DNA from: Saccharolobus islandicus REY15A
GTDB taxonomy: Archaea > Thermoproteota > Thermoprotei_A > Sulfolobales > Sulfolobaceae
Reading direction: 5' to 3' (one strand)
Length of the DNA stretch: 64,000 nucleotides
Assembly: GCF_000189555.1 (NCBI RefSeq)
Contig: NC_017276.1
Shown here piece after piece: positions 63,595 to 64,000 of this stretch; position 1 is the first letter of the stretch, and the number at the start of each line of letters is the position of its first letter. The notes below the pieces were generated by a model, which saw only the letters and a program-made list of their open reading frames with translations, had not been told where the DNA came from and made no database searches. The position numbers were made by a program, and so were the translations under genes.

Positions 63595-64000
63595 TATTGC
63601 TTGAATCACTGTGAGGAGAAGCACCTATTATGCTCGTTCCTATTAACGCGCTCCTATAGGATGAAAGGGAGTAGTCATTCCAAATTACGTATTCTCCTTG
63701 TTGTAGTTGCTCCATGATTTAAAATAATGAAGGAAAATATTTACTCTCTTTATTTTCATTCATTGTAAAAGGTCTTTTTTCTATACCACACAATTTGTTT
63801 TCTTAAGATAAGGAGGGTCTTTATGCTATTACTAAGAAAATGTAACAGTTAATGATTTTCAGTCATTACGAAACACGCTAATTATATATAATGGAGACTA
63901 ATAGAAAAAAATTTATTAGTTAGAATTAATAAAAAAATTTATAATAATTATAAAATATTTCTTTTCTACTCTACATGTCCCTCTTTTTTACTATAACGTA

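Noticed and set aside
1-64000. CRISPR array, rRNA or tRNA genes
   Set aside because: No regularly spaced 24-37-bp repeats or structured RNA gene signatures were seen by eye; a covariance-model search was not possible.

Overview
AT-rich (about one third GC) window from a Sulfolobales archaeon, most likely Saccharolobus (Sulfolobus) islandicus or a close relative. This is inferred from two 321-bp SMN1-type MITEs, an ISC1316-like tnpB element and the D-arabinose dehydrogenase with its ARA box. It is an IS-scarred accessory region. Left to right: (1) a respiratory/redox island with a partial FoxG/NapH-like FeS membrane protein, a five-gene sreABCDE-like Tat-exported molybdoenzyme complex, a quinol-type NO reductase and a cupin; (2) an unannotated 28-aa peptide gene (MEATLQAKKVVVIERKYGRCGYSPSWGD) heading an operon with a radical SAM/SPASM enzyme and a metallo-beta-lactamase-fold protein, the best candidate for an undescribed archaeal RiPP or peptide-derived cofactor system; (3) IS630, IS1 (split by an inversion), IS6, IS256 and IS200/IS605 elements among an AAA ATPase, a TIGR00266 protein and an S9 peptidase; (4) a hydantoinase/oxoprolinase + NCS1 permease + two DUF917 cluster with an Lrp regulator; (5) a pentose/deoxysugar cluster (HTH regulator, MFS, enolase-family dehydratase, AraDH); (6) an archaeal ATPase gene broken only by a clean 263-bp internal inversion; (7) two non-core NurA/HerA pairs about 14 kb apart, with catabolic genes between them (M20 and P1 peptidases, MFS, SDR, lactonase, homogentisate dioxygenase, LLM monooxygenase, cyclase); (8) vapBC and a DEAD-box helicase remnant. 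No CRISPR array, rRNA or tRNA was seen. All calls are by eye from motifs and recalled family knowledge; no searches were run.
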